IMG/VR virus record: IMGVR_UViG_2923323785_000006
Coordinates: 1 to 16,386 of that record
DNA: 16,386 bases
DNA from: a virus
Lineage: Duplodnaviria > Heunggongvirae > Uroviricota > Caudoviricetes
Direction: 5' to 3' (one strand)
Shown here: piece by piece, positions 15,368-16,386 of the stretch
Layout of the letters: each line of letters starts with the position of its first letter
How positions within the stretch are numbered: the stretch's first letter is position 1
Translations under genes and position numbers: made by a program
The notes under the pieces: generated by a model
Databases searched by the model: none
What the model was told of the DNA's origin: nothing
The model's input: only the letters and a program-made list of their open reading frames with translations

Positions 15368-16386
15368 AAAAGCTAGGGGATTTACCTGATGTCACTTTTG
15401 AAGAGGCCTGCCTAAGATGGCTTGAGGAAAAAGCTGATAAAAAATCTCTCGATTCAGATAAAAGCCGGATTGAGTTTTGGCTTGAACATTTTGAGGGTAT
15501 AAGGCTTAAAGATATCTCGGAGGCAAAGATTTACTCTGCTGTAAGCAGAATGCATAACAGAAAGACGAAAGAAATATGGAAACAGAAAGTTCAGGCCGCC
15601 ATCAGGAAAGGTAAAGAACCGCCTGTTTATGAACCAAAGCCAGTATCAACTCAGACAAAGGCAAAGCATCTTGCCATGATAAAGGCCATTCTCCGTGCTG
15701 CAGAACGCGACTGGAAGTGGCTGGAAAAAGCGCCTGTCATCAAGATACCAGCGGTCAGAAACAAGCGAGTCAGATGGCTGGAAAAGGAGGAAGCAAAACG
15801 CCTTATTGATGAGTGCCCCGAACCACTGAAATCTGTCGTCAAGTTTGCGCTGGCAACTGGTCTGAGAAAGTCGAACATCATAAATCTGGAATGGCAACAA
15901 ATCGACATGCAGCGACGAGTTGCCTGGGTGAATCCAGAAGAGAGCAAATCAAACCGCGCCATTGGTGTGGCGCTGAACGATACCGCCTGTAAAGTGTTGC
16001 GTGATCAAATAGGCAAGCATCACAAATGGGTGTTTGTACATACCAAGGCGGCTAAGCGAGCAGATGGAACATCAACGCCTGCGGTCAGGAAGATGCGCAT
16101 CGACAGCAAGACATCATGGCTATCAGCTTGTCGTCGTGCAGGAATTGAAGATTTCCGTTTCCATGACCTCAGACACACCTGGGCAAGCTGGCTGATCCAG
16201 TCAGGCGTCCCATTATCTGTGCTTCAGGAAATGGGCGGATGGGAGTCCATAGAAATGGTTCGTAGGTATGCTCACCTTGCGCCTAATCATTTGACAGAGC
16301 ATGCAAGGAAAATAGACGACATTTTTGGTGATAATGTCCCAAATATGTCCCACTGTGGAATTATGGAGGATATAAAGAAGGCGTAA
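15223..16386 (+). CDS. intD: Tyrosine site-specific integrase (P21/DLP12 IntD-type, 387 aa)
   Basis: [50 protein letters not shown]...; C-terminal catalytic motifs ...[39 protein letters not shown] (R..H-x-x-R...Y). GAGGAAAG Shine-Dalgarno; the stop codon is the last 3 nt of the window. Confidence 0.93.
   Translation: MSLFRRNEIWYASYSLPGGKRIKESLGTKDKRQAQELHDKRKAELWRVEKLGDLPDVTFEEACLRWLEEKADKKSLDSDKSRIEFWLEHFEGIRLKDISEAKIYSAVSRMHNRKTKEIWKQKVQAAIRKGKEPPVYEPKPVSTQTKAKHLAMIKAILRAAERDWKWLEKAPVIKIPAVRNKRVRWLEKEEAKRLIDECPEPLKSVVKFALATGLRKSNIINLEWQQIDMQRRVAWVNPEESKSNRAIGVALNDTACKVLRDQIGKHHKWVFVHTKAAKRADGTSTPAVRKMRIDSKTSWLSACRRAGIEDFRFHDLRHTWASWLIQSGVPLSVLQEMGGWESIEMVRRYAHLAPNHLTEHARKIDDIFGDNVPNMSHCGIMEDIKKA

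Larger units (their letters stand above)
1..16386. mobile_element. Partial cryptic lambdoid prophage (DLP12-like layout, lambda-like late/cos/tail-fibre segments), integrase end at window edge
   Basis: Gene content and order: int-xis-early module / nin-type genes-Q-nmpC-S-R-Rz-bor-cos-Nu1-tail remnants. Head, large terminase, immunity and replication genes absent. Basis: protein family recognition from translations. Confidence 0.85.

Noticed and set aside
1-16386. tRNA genes, CRISPR arrays, att-site direct repeats
   Set aside because: No cloverleaf-compatible segments or regularly spaced repeats were seen; the window ends at the int stop codon, so attL and any target tRNA would lie outside it.

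Overview
The window is a contiguous slice of a cryptic, mosaic lambdoid prophage of an Escherichia coli-type genome, with a DLP12-like layout. All calls come from reading the translations and DNA by eye against remembered protein families; no searches were run. Left to right: a lambda-type tail-fibre end (tfa, 5'-truncated stf) joined head-to-head to an inverted U'/V' fragment; a C-terminally altered Nu1 with an intact lambda-type cos site; the right-end accessory genes (ylcI-, ybcW-, ybcV-like, bor); a lysis cassette (lambda-type Rz/Rz1, P21-type SAR endolysin and pinholin); an intact nmpC porin antisense to the late operon; then Q, a DUF968 protein with an HNH-like motif, a KilA-N protein, RusA, a LexA DNA-binding-domain-only protein, a PerC-like protein and a small ORF; and on the other strand a yfdQ-yfdR-yfdS-yfdT-like cluster, an excisionase-like ORF and a P21/DLP12-type integrase whose stop codon is the last base of the window. 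No cI-type repressor, cro, replication genes, large terminase or head genes are present, so the element looks replication- and packaging-defective. The best candidates for uncharacterised biology are the operon-embedded uncleavable LexA mimic with its PerC-like and small-ORF neighbours, and the KilA-N / DUF968 pair upstream of Q. No tRNA, CRISPR or IS element was seen.
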